NCBI GenBank assembly: GCA_964501545.1
Contig: CAZCSH010000003.1
Coordinates: 1-25,983, forward strand
From: an uncultured Candidatus Saccharibacteria bacterium
GTDB taxonomy: Bacteria > Patescibacteriota > Minisyncoccia > Minisyncoccales > RBG-13-42-11
Direction: 5' to 3'
DNA: 25,983 nucleotides
Part shown: in pieces, positions 16,671-23,720 of the stretch
Position numbering within the stretch: position 1 is the first letter of the stretch
How the letters are laid out: every line of letters begins with the position of its first letter
Position numbers and translations under genes: made by a program
Notes under the pieces: model-generated
The model's database searches: none
The model's input: the letters and a program-made list of their open reading frames with translations, nothing else
What the model was told of the DNA's origin: nothing

Positions 16671-17651
16671 ATGTCAAAAAGAGTTAGAAAAGTTGTTTGT
16701 TTTGGGGGCGGGAATCTAGTTCCCAAGGTTTTATTGGAACCTTTAAAGAAATACCCTGTTCAAATTACCAGTATCACTTCAATGACAGAGAGCGGAGGCT
16801 CGACAGGTTATTTGAGAAAAGAGCTCAATGTTTTGCCGGCAGGGGACATTAGCCGGCACTTAGTCGGTCTCTCTTCTGCCTCTAAATGGAAAAAGGATCT
16901 TTTTTATTCAAGATTTGGTAAAGAAAAGTTTCCTGGAGGTCATGCCGGCCATCGCTTTGGGACTGTTTTTATATCTTTGGCAGAATATGTTTTAGGAGAC
17001 TTTGAAAAAGCCTTGAAAGTAACCCATGACTTTTTGGAAGTAAAAAAACACAAGGCTTTACCTGCTACCCTTCAAAAGGTCCAACTGATGGCGGAACTGG
17101 AGAACGGGAAGACTATTGAGGGGGAGGACGAAATAGACGTTCCCAAAAGGCACAACCCGAAATTAAAGATTAAAAAAGTCTTTCTCAAACCTAAAGCCAA
17201 AGTTTATCCAAAGGTTAAAAAAGCAATAGTTGAGGCAGATTTAATCACTTTAGGCCCAGGCGATCTTTATTCCAGTACTATTCCTTGCCTCTTGCCAGAA
17301 GGAATGAAGGAGGCTTTTAGAAAAACAAAAGCCAAGAAAGTTTTAATCTGCAATGCCCTAGCTAAACTTGGAGAAACCAATAACTTTTCAGTTCTAGATT
17401 TCGTTAGAGAAGTGGAAAAATATATGGGTTTTTCCCTTGACTTCGTTCTCTATAATATTAAAACTATTGATAAAAGGTTAATGGAGGAATACAAAAGAGA
17501 TAACCCCTCAATTGTGATTGTGGGCCAGGTAAAGGTCAATAAGAACCTCAGAAAGCCAAAGTTTGTTGGCAAGGACTTATTAAGGAAAAAAGGCAAGGAT
17601 TTTGGCGGAGCTGACCTTATAAAAGAAATCTTTAACCTATGCAAGCTCTAA
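16671..17651 (+). CDS. yvcK: YvcK/GlmR (CofD-like, UPF0052) family protein
   Basis: Motifs VCFGGG, SMTESGGSTGYLR, PAGDI, GEDEID, LGPGDLYSSTIPCLL and LGETNNFS. Confidence 0.88.
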   Translation: MSKRVRKVVCFGGGNLVPKVLLEPLKKYPVQITSITSMTESGGSTGYLRKELNVLPAGDISRHLVGLSSASKWKKDLFYSRFGKEKFPGGHAGHRFGTVFISLAEYVLGDFEKALKVTHDFLEVKKHKALPATLQKVQLMAELENGKTIEGEDEIDVPKRHNPKLKIKKVFLKPKAKVYPKVKKAIVEADLITLGPGDLYSSTIPCLLPEGMKEAFRKTKAKKVLICNALAKLGETNNFSVLDFVREVEKYMGFSLDFVLYNIKTIDKRLMEEYKRDNPSIVIVGQVKVNKNLRKPKFVGKDLLRKKGKDFGGADLIKEIFNLCKL

Positions 17652-18883
17652 TTTTAGCCGCGGGAGAAAGCTCAAGATTTTGGCCCTTAAACCAAAGACA
17701 CAAATCCCAAATTAAGGTATTGGGAAAATCTTTGGTTAGCTGGACTATTCAAAGCTTAGAAGAGGCAGGGATCAAAGATGTTGTTCTGGTAGTTGGACCA
17801 AATTCTTCTTTGAAGGAAGAGTTTCCTTCGATTAGCCACCTTACCCAGGAAAAAGCCTTGGGAACAGGGAATGCTCTCTCTTTGGCCAAAGACCTGATCA
17901 AAGAACCCTTTCTCGTTGTTTGGCCTTACAAGATTAATGCTAAAGAAATTATCGATAAGGTTTTAGAGAAATATAAAGGAGAAAAACCCAAAGCAGTTTT
18001 GGTGGGTAGAAAAACTTCTCATCCCCATGATTACGGAATCCTCAAGACAGAAGGCGAGAGAGTGGTTGAAATTGTTGAAAATCCTCAAGCCGGAGCAGAG
18101 CCTTCGGACATTAAGGTTGTTGGAGCTTACTTTTTAGAGCCTGATTTTTTTGATTATTATCAAAAGATTGAAGAACACCATCCAGAAGATTTTATTGATG
18201 CTCTTAATAATTATATTAAAGAAAAAGCAACTAAACTGGTTGTTTTAGAAAAAGAACCTTCTTCTTTAAAGTATCCCTGGGAAGTCTTGGGGATATTACC
18301 TATGATGTTTGATTCAGACAATTTTAAACCCTCTATCTCCCAAACAGCTAAGATTGGGGAAAATGTGGTGATGGAGGGGGATGTTTATATTGGCGAGAAG
18401 GTTGTCATTGGGGCCAATACCGTGATTTTAGGCCCTTGTTATATTGGAGATAATTGTAAGATTGGGGCTAATAATGTTTTGAGGGGGCCGGTTAATTTGG
18501 AAAAAGATGTTGTCACCGGTGCTTTAATGGAGATTAAGAATTCTCTGGTCCAAGAGGGCACTCACTTTCATTCTGGCTACCTTGGTGACTCGGTTATTGG
18601 AAAGAATTGTCGTTTTGGGGCAGGCTTTATTGTGGCCAACAGAAGAATTGACAGGGGAAACATTAAATCAGTTGTCAAAGGAGAAAAAGTAGATACCGGG
18701 CTTACTTATTTGGGAGTAATTGTCGGAGATAATACTCGTTTTGGCATTCATTCGGGCACCATGCCAGGAGTTTTGATTGGCTCTGATTGTTTGATTGGTC
18801 CTGGCAGCTTAGTTTTTGAAAATCTTGAAGACAACACTGCTTTTTATACTAAGTTTGAAGGCGTGAGAAAAGAAAATAAATAA
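17639..18883 (+). CDS. Sugar-1-phosphate nucleotidyltransferase with hexapeptide (LbH) domain, archaeal-type GlmU-like
   Basis: N-terminal LILAAGESSRFWPL, QEKALGTG and YPWE, then hexapeptide repeats, HSGYLGDSVIG and GVIVGD. Confidence 0.82.
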   Translation: MQALILAAGESSRFWPLNQRHKSQIKVLGKSLVSWTIQSLEEAGIKDVVLVVGPNSSLKEEFPSISHLTQEKALGTGNALSLAKDLIKEPFLVVWPYKINAKEIIDKVLEKYKGEKPKAVLVGRKTSHPHDYGILKTEGERVVEIVENPQAGAEPSDIKVVGAYFLEPDFFDYYQKIEEHHPEDFIDALNNYIKEKATKLVVLEKEPSSLKYPWEVLGILPMMFDSDNFKPSISQTAKIGENVVMEGDVYIGEKVVIGANTVILGPCYIGDNCKIGANNVLRGPVNLEKDVVTGALMEIKNSLVQEGTHFHSGYLGDSVIGKNCRFGAGFIVANRRIDRGNIKSVVKGEKVDTGLTYLGVIVGDNTRFGIHSGTMPGVLIGSDCLIGPGSLVFENLEDNTAFYTKFEGVRKENK

Positions 18884-18912
18884 TCTTGTGGAAAAGTACT
18901 AATAAAGAGGGA

Positions 18913-18940
18913 TTGACAAGAATCCCTCTTTTGCTAATCT
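18913..18940 (+). promoter_or_regulatory. Sigma70-type promoter embedded in a terminator-like hairpin
   Basis: TTGACA (18913-18918), 16-nt spacer, TG-C-TAATCT (18932-18940). The -35 overlaps the loop of the inverted repeat AAGAGGGATT (18905-18914) / AATCCCTCTT (18921-18930). Confidence 0.55.
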
Positions 18941-18945
18941 GTGAT

Positions 18946-19316
18946 AAAGAGGTTAGGGCAGCCAGCCTTATTCCTCTCTTGCTGAAGGGGGCAACCTTGG
19001 TCTTTGGGGAAGGGTTCCCCTTTCGTATGTTGAGGTGCAGGGTTGCCCCTTTCTAGATCTTTCATTTCCTCGAAGGAGGAAGCAATTGCTTCATCAACTC
19101 AAACTGCCTTTAGTAGGGCCACGAGCTCGTTGATGAGTTCGTGGCCTAAAGCAAGCACGGCCCGGCAGAGCCCATCTGCCAGATCCAATTGGGGCCATAA
19201 GGTCCCAAAGAGGGTAAATCCCTCAAAAAGAAGAAAAGGGGTGAGCGCCCCGCCTCGTGCGGGGCGCCCCCACAAACTTCTCTCGGCTCCGTCCATAGCG
19301 TCGGAGCTCTTTTTTT
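18946..19316 (+). ncRNA. Putative structured non-coding RNA of unrecognised class
   Basis: GC-rich intergenic block with at least 7 stems, bracketed by a promoter and an intrinsic terminator. No convincing ORF. Confidence 0.45.
19286..19316 (+). terminator. Intrinsic terminator
   Basis: Stem GCTCCG (19286-19291) / CGGAGC (19302-19307), followed by TCTTTTTTT. Confidence 0.65.
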
Positions 19317-19331
19317 ATTCTTTTTGCTAAA

Positions 19332-19340
19332 TGGTATACT
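19332..19340 (+). promoter_or_regulatory. Extended -10 for the tsaC-MFS genes
   Basis: TG-G-TATACT, 8 nt before ATG 19349, implying a leaderless or very short leader. Confidence 0.5.
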
Positions 19341-19348
19341 TTAACAAT

Positions 19349-19933
19349 ATGGAAATATTGAAAGCAAAAAGAGTTTCCGGGAAAGTTGTGAGGCAGATTG
19401 TCAAAGAAATCAAAGAGGGCAAGGTCTTAATCTTCCCCACTGACACAGTTTATGGCTTGATTGCTGCAGCTACCAACAAGAAAGCAGTTGATAGGATTTT
19501 TCAGATAAAAAAAAGAAATAAGAGAAAACCAATACCTATATTTGTTAGAGATTTAAAGCAGGCAAAGGAATTGGCTGAGATAAACAAAGTCCAGGAAGTG
19601 CTTTTAAAGATAGCTTGGCCTGGCAAGATGACATTTGTTTTCTGGCGGAAGAGAAGGGAAAAGCTCTACGGGGTAGATAAAAAGAGTATTGCTCTGCGAA
19701 TCCCAGATTATCCTTTAGTCAGCAAGGTTTTAAAGAAAATAAGTCTTCCTTTGACCGGCACCTCAGCCAATATTTCAACTAAAGCTCCGACAACAAAGAT
19801 TAAAGAAGTCCTGAAAGAGTTTAAAGGTCAAAAATATCAGCCTGATTCAGTTGTTGATGCTGGCAATTTAAAACCAGCCGGACCCTCCACTGTTATTGAT
19901 CTAAGACAGGGTTTTAAGATTTTAAGAAAGTAA
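19349..19933 (+). CDS. tsaC: L-threonylcarbamoyladenylate synthase (YrdC/Sua5 N-domain)
   Basis: Motifs FPTDTVYG, IKKRNKRKPI, WPGKMT, ALRIPD, TSANIS and PSTVID. The track start 19331 falls inside the -10 box, so 19349 is preferred. Confidence 0.92.
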   Translation: MEILKAKRVSGKVVRQIVKEIKEGKVLIFPTDTVYGLIAAATNKKAVDRIFQIKKRNKRKPIPIFVRDLKQAKELAEINKVQEVLLKIAWPGKMTFVFWRKRREKLYGVDKKSIALRIPDYPLVSKVLKKISLPLTGTSANISTKAPTTKIKEVLKEFKGQKYQPDSVVDAGNLKPAGPSTVIDLRQGFKILRK

Positions 19934-19934
19934 T

Positions 19935-21128
19935 ATGCCACTTATCAGCTTTCCCCCAACTAACTTTTTAAGATACTTTTTAAAGAGAGAGGCCAATCAA
20001 TTCTTTACCAGTGTTGCCATTCGTTCTCTGGCTCTGGGCATGGTGGTCATTTTTGAGCCAATCTACCTCTATAACTTCTTTGGCCATTCTCTTTCTCTCA
20101 CTCTTTTATTTTTTGGAGCAATTCAGGGTCTTTATGGTTTGTTAGCTGTCTGGGGAGCGAAATTCATGGCTAGAGTTGGTTTGAAGCACTCCATTCTCTT
20201 TAGCCATGTTTTCTTCTGGGCCTACTATATGTCTTTGTTTCTTATTGGGAAATTCTTTTTGTTCGTACCTTTAGCCATTGTTTTGAAAGCTGTTGGTATG
20301 ACTTTGTTTTGGCCTGCCTTTCACACAGATTTCATTCGCTTTTCAGAGAATGACTACCAAGGGAGAGCGGTAGGCAAAATGAACGTTGTTTTTTCCATCC
20401 CTACTATTCTTAGTCCGGCCATTGGGGGCGCTATCTTGGGATTGGCGGGTTACCAGGCTTTGTTTATTAGCGTCTTGATTGTTCTCTTTGCCTCTTCTAT
20501 CCCAATGTTTCTTTCTCGGGAAACCCATGTTGTTTACAGTGATTCTTACAAGAAAGCTTGGTCTCGGCTTTTTAAGAAAGAAAATTGGAGGGCAACCTTA
20601 GCTTTTGCCTCTTCCTCAATGGAAGCTGGAGTGAGAGAGATTTTGTGGCCAATCTTTATGTTTGTTCTGGCTATTAGTTTTACAGTCATGGGAGGGATTA
20701 CCACTTTAGCTTTGGGAGTAGGGTCCCTGTTTGTTTTGTACATGGGCAGGATTTCAGACAGTATTTCCAATCGGGTTTGGTTTCTGAACATCGGCTCTGT
20801 TTTAACTTCCATGGCCTGGATTATAAAATACTTTGTTCTTACTCCGTTTGATGCTTTTTTAGCCAAGACCCTTTATGGGATTTGCCGCTCAACAGCTGAC
20901 ATCCCTTTTCAGACTTTCTTTTACAAAAAAGCCTCCCTTAAAAGAGGAGAGGCAGATGAGTTCATAGTCTACCGGGCAATTGTTCTTAATCTTTCTTACT
21001 TCTTTTTTTTCTCGCTTCTAGCTCTGCTTTTTCTCTTTACCGCCAAAATCAATATTGCCTTTCTGATTGCCGCTGTTGTTTCTTTGGGAATTATTTTTTT
21101 AGGAGTGCCACCAAAGTTAAAATGGTAG
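19935..21128 (+). CDS. MFS family transporter
   Basis: 397 aa with about 12 hydrophobic segments. Motif-A-like GRISDSIS, RAVGKMN and SPAIGG. Confidence 0.8.
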   Translation: MPLISFPPTNFLRYFLKREANQFFTSVAIRSLALGMVVIFEPIYLYNFFGHSLSLTLLFFGAIQGLYGLLAVWGAKFMARVGLKHSILFSHVFFWAYYMSLFLIGKFFLFVPLAIVLKAVGMTLFWPAFHTDFIRFSENDYQGRAVGKMNVVFSIPTILSPAIGGAILGLAGYQALFISVLIVLFASSIPMFLSRETHVVYSDSYKKAWSRLFKKENWRATLAFASSSMEAGVREILWPIFMFVLAISFTVMGGITTLALGVGSLFVLYMGRISDSISNRVWFLNIGSVLTSMAWIIKYFVLTPFDAFLAKTLYGICRSTADIPFQTFFYKKASLKRGEADEFIVYRAIVLNLSYFFFFSLLALLFLFTAKINIAFLIAAVVSLGIIFLGVPPKLKW

Positions 21129-21129
21129 C

Positions 21130-21375
21130 CTATTCTTTTTCTTCCGATGCTTTCTTTAACTGGAGAGAAATAATTACTACCAAAGCAGTGACAATGACAG
21201 CGTAAGAGAATTTACCAATCACCCCTTCTGACTCAGGGAAGAGAAGTCTAAAGAGCGTCTGAATGGCATCGTTCCAAGCCAAAGCAGCTACCAAGCCAAA
21301 GCCTGCCAGCATAAGAGTTAACATCTTTTCCTTTAGCTCTTTTTTTGTTTTGTTTATTTCGTTTAAAGGGTTCAT
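21130..21375 (-). CDS. Small two-TM membrane protein, DUF5654-like (81 aa)
   Basis: AGFGLVAALAWNDAIQ motif and two hydrophobic helices. The track's longer start runs through the tRNA and is rejected. Confidence 0.75.
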   Translation of the reverse strand: MNPLNEINKTKKELKEKMLTLMLAGFGLVAALAWNDAIQTLFRLLFPESEGVIGKFSYAVIVTALVVIISLQLKKASEEKE

Positions 21376-21377
21376 AG

Positions 21378-21461
21378 TGGGCGAGGTGGGACTCGAACCC
21401 ACATGGAGCAAGCTCCACAGGTTTTTGAGACCTGTCTGTAAACCAATTCCAGCACTCGCCC
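21378..21461 (-). tRNA. tRNA-Leu(CAA), 84 nt, CCA not encoded
   Basis: Acceptor stem GGGCGAG/CTCGCCC plus A73, anticodon stem CAGGT/ACCTG with loop CT-CAA-AA, long variable arm TGGAGC-TT-GCTCCA, and T-arm GTGGG-TTCGAGT-CCCAC. Confidence 0.96.
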
Positions 21462-21472
21462 AACACCCCTTC

Positions 21473-21481
21473 ATTCTATCA
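21473..21481 (-). promoter_or_regulatory. Extended -10 for tRNA-Leu
   Basis: Minus strand TG-A-TAGAAT, ending 11 nt upstream of the tRNA 5' end. Confidence 0.5.
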
Positions 21482-21504
21482 ATTTTTTATTATTTCTTCA
21501 ATGA

Positions 21505-21558
21505 CCGAGCCCGCCTAAGGCGGGCGAAGGTGAAGAAGAGGACAAAATCCTCTTCGCC
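21505..21558 (+). repeat. Hairpin repeat family A, intergenic, abutting the topA stop
   Basis: CCGAGC, internal hairpin CCCGCC-TAA-GGCGGG, then GCGAAGGTGAAGAAGAGGA-CAAAA-TCCTCTTCGCC. Confidence 0.8.
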
Positions 21559-21560
21559 TT

Positions 21561-23582
21561 TTATCGAGCCGCATTCGGATAGTCGCACTCTTTATTAGAA
21601 CATTTAATTTGTCCTCTTTTAGTCTGAACTAACAAAAAGCCACAGTCTGGGCATTTCTCTTTGGTGGGTTTGTCCCATAAGGCAAAATCACACTTTGGGA
21701 ATCTATTGCAGCCGTAAAATATTTTTCCTTTTTTGGTCCTTTTCTCAACAATTTCACCCTTTTTGCATTTTGGGCATTTAATTCCCAGAACATTCTTTTC
21801 TAGAGGTTCTGTGTAGCGGCATTTTGGAAAAGCAGAACAGGCGTAAAACTGGCCAAACTTGCCCATTCTTACAACTAGAGGAGCTTTACATTTGGGGCAG
21901 GTTTTCTTTGTTGGTTTTTCGGTAATCTCTTTTTTGGAAACCTCTTCATACTTTCTTTTCAGGTTTTTCTCAAAAGGAGCATAGAACTCTCTTATTACCG
22001 GCACCCATTCCTTTTCTCTTTCTGCTATTTCATCTAACTCTTCCTCCATTTTGGCGGTAAACTTAATATCAACAATCTTGGGAAAGTGATTAACCAAAAG
22101 ATCGTTAACCAGCGTTCCTATTTCAGTAGGTTTAAATCTTCTTTGCTCGTCTTTCTCAATATAGTTTCTTTCTTGGATGGTAGAGAGAATGAGAGCGTAA
22201 GTAGAAGGTCTTCCTATTCCGTTCTCTTCCAAAGCCTTGATTAAGGTGGCCTCTGTATATCTTGGAGCAGGCTGGGTAAAGTGTTGAGCCGGCAGGAGTT
22301 TTATTAATTCCAAGACATCGTTCTTTTTCAAAAAGGGAAGTTCTTCTTCCTTGTACTTTATTGGGTAAACCTTTAAAAACCCGTCAAACTTTAGGGTTTG
22401 GCCAGTGGCTCGAAAAGTGTAGTTTTTAGCTACAATATCGACTGCGGTTGAGTTAAAAACAGCTTGGGCCATTTGACAAGCGATAAACCTTTGCCAAATG
22501 AGTTGATAAAGCTTTTTTTGTTGGGTTTCCAGCTTGACCTTTTCTGGAGTTCTGTCCGGATAAGTAGGCCTGATGGCTTCGTGGGCTTCTTGAGCTCTGC
22601 CTTTAGTTCTATATCTACGGAACTGATAATAGTTTTGGCCAAAGTTTTCAGTAATAAACTTTTTGGCTGTTCCCAGAGCTAAGTTTGAAAGGTTCAAAGA
22701 GTCAGTTCTATGATAGGTCGTTAGCCCTTTCTCATAAAGCTGTTGGGCTATCTGCATTGTTTTTCTAGCAGGGAAACGGAATTTTCTCCAGGCTTCTTGC
22801 TGAAGGTAGCTTGTGGTAAAAGGAGGCAGGGGATTTCTTTTAACTTCTTTTTTCTCCACTCCTTCCACTCTGTAGTCTGTCCCTTTTAAGTCTTTTGTAA
22901 TCTTCTCTGTCTCCCCTTTGTTTTTAATAGCGAGCTTCTCTAGAGCTTTGTTGTCTTTTTTAACTAAAAGAGCTTTGAACTCCTTATCTTTTTTCAAGAG
23001 AGCCTCTATTGTCCAGTATTCTTGAGGGGTGAAAGCCTCAATTTCTCTCTCACGTTCGACAACCAAGCGAACAGCCACAGACTGGACCCTGCCGGCTGAC
23101 AATCCCCTGGCTATTTTCTTCCATAAAAAGGGAGAAAGTTTGTAGCCGACAATTCTATCTAAGATTCTTCTTGCCTGCTGGGCGTCTACTAAAGCCATAT
23201 CAATCTTTCTTGGGTTCTTTAAAGCTTCTTCTATGGCTTGTTTTGTAATTTCGTGAAATGCAATTCTTTGGTATTCTTTTTTGCCATTGAGATTTAAAGC
23301 TTGAGTTAAATGCCAGGCAATGGATTCTCCCTCTCTATCCTCGTCCACAGCTAAAATAATTATATCTGCTTCTTCCGCAGCTTTCTTTAATAAGGTGATT
23401 GTTTTTCTTGATTTTGGAGGGATAACGTACTTTGGCTCAAAATCATTCTCAATATCAACTCCAAGTTCGCTTTTTGGCAAATCTCTCACGTGGCCGTAGG
23501 AAGCAAGGACCCTGTAACCGGAGCCCAAAAAGTTTTTAATAGTATTCCCTTTGGCAGGGCTTTCCACTATGACTAAGCGCAT
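21561..23582 (-). CDS. topA: Type IA DNA topoisomerase I
   Basis: TOPRIM motifs IVESPAK, GHVRDLP and DEDREGE, plus SAGRVQS, catalytic TYHRTDS, EAHEAIRPT, GIGRPST and C-terminal Zn ribbons. Confidence 0.97.
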   Translation of the reverse strand: MRLVIVESPAKGNTIKNFLGSGYRVLASYGHVRDLPKSELGVDIENDFEPKYVIPPKSRKTITLLKKAAEEADIIILAVDEDREGESIAWHLTQALNLNGKKEYQRIAFHEITKQAIEEALKNPRKIDMALVDAQQARRILDRIVGYKLSPFLWKKIARGLSAGRVQSVAVRLVVEREREIEAFTPQEYWTIEALLKKDKEFKALLVKKDNKALEKLAIKNKGETEKITKDLKGTDYRVEGVEKKEVKRNPLPPFTTSYLQQEAWRKFRFPARKTMQIAQQLYEKGLTTYHRTDSLNLSNLALGTAKKFITENFGQNYYQFRRYRTKGRAQEAHEAIRPTYPDRTPEKVKLETQQKKLYQLIWQRFIACQMAQAVFNSTAVDIVAKNYTFRATGQTLKFDGFLKVYPIKYKEEELPFLKKNDVLELIKLLPAQHFTQPAPRYTEATLIKALEENGIGRPSTYALILSTIQERNYIEKDEQRRFKPTEIGTLVNDLLVNHFPKIVDIKFTAKMEEELDEIAEREKEWVPVIREFYAPFEKNLKRKYEEVSKKEITEKPTKKTCPKCKAPLVVRMGKFGQFYACSAFPKCRYTEPLEKNVLGIKCPKCKKGEIVEKRTKKGKIFYGCNRFPKCDFALWDKPTKEKCPDCGFLLVQTKRGQIKCSNKECDYPNAAR

Positions 23583-23604
23583 ATTGTTTTAACTTTATCA
23601 TTTA

Positions 23605-23646
23605 CTGAGTGTCAGCGAAAGTGAAGAAGAGAGTCTTCTCTTCGAC
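23605..23646 (+). repeat. Hairpin repeat family A, intergenic between topA and mfd
   Basis: CTGAGTGTCAGCGAAAGTGAAGAAGAGA-GTCT-TCTCTTCGAC. Confidence 0.75.
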
Positions 23647-23669
23647 TGGTTTTTATTTTTTCTACAGCT

Positions 23670-23720
23670 TCAGACAACACCCCGAAGCAAAACCCTCGGT
23701 TTGCTACGGGGCAGGTCTGA
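23670..23720. repeat. Imperfect long palindrome covering the mfd stop codon
   Basis: Nested stems TCAGAC/GTCTGA, CCCCG/CGGGG and AGCAAA/TTTGCT. The minus strand encodes V-R-P-A-P-stop. Confidence 0.65.

Noticed and set aside
18946-19316. Identity as RNase P RNA, tmRNA, SRP RNA, 6S RNA, T-box or group II intron domain V
   Set aside because: No GAGGAAAGUCC/CGGCUUA P4 pair, no tRNA-like ends, the GGAAGCA lacks the SRP helix context, the ends do not pair into one rod, and there is no GGTGGTACCGCG box or domain V pairing.
19043-19330. 95-aa plus-strand and 65-aa minus-strand ORFs in the structured region
   Set aside because: No recognisable motif or initiation signal. Open frames are expected in GC-rich palindromic DNA. 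The minus frame continues past a TGA with a helix-like look (ELINELVALLKAV*VDEAIASSFEEM), so a pseudogene cannot be fully excluded.
21130-21474. 114-aa ORF as given in the track
   Set aside because: Its first 33 codons run through tRNA-Leu. The real CDS most likely starts at 21375.
6431-23492. CACGTGAGA shared by leuS, glmS and topA (all G-H-V-R)
   Set aside because: GHVR is a normal conserved motif in LeuS and TopA, and shared codon choice explains the DNA match. It is not treated as a common target site.
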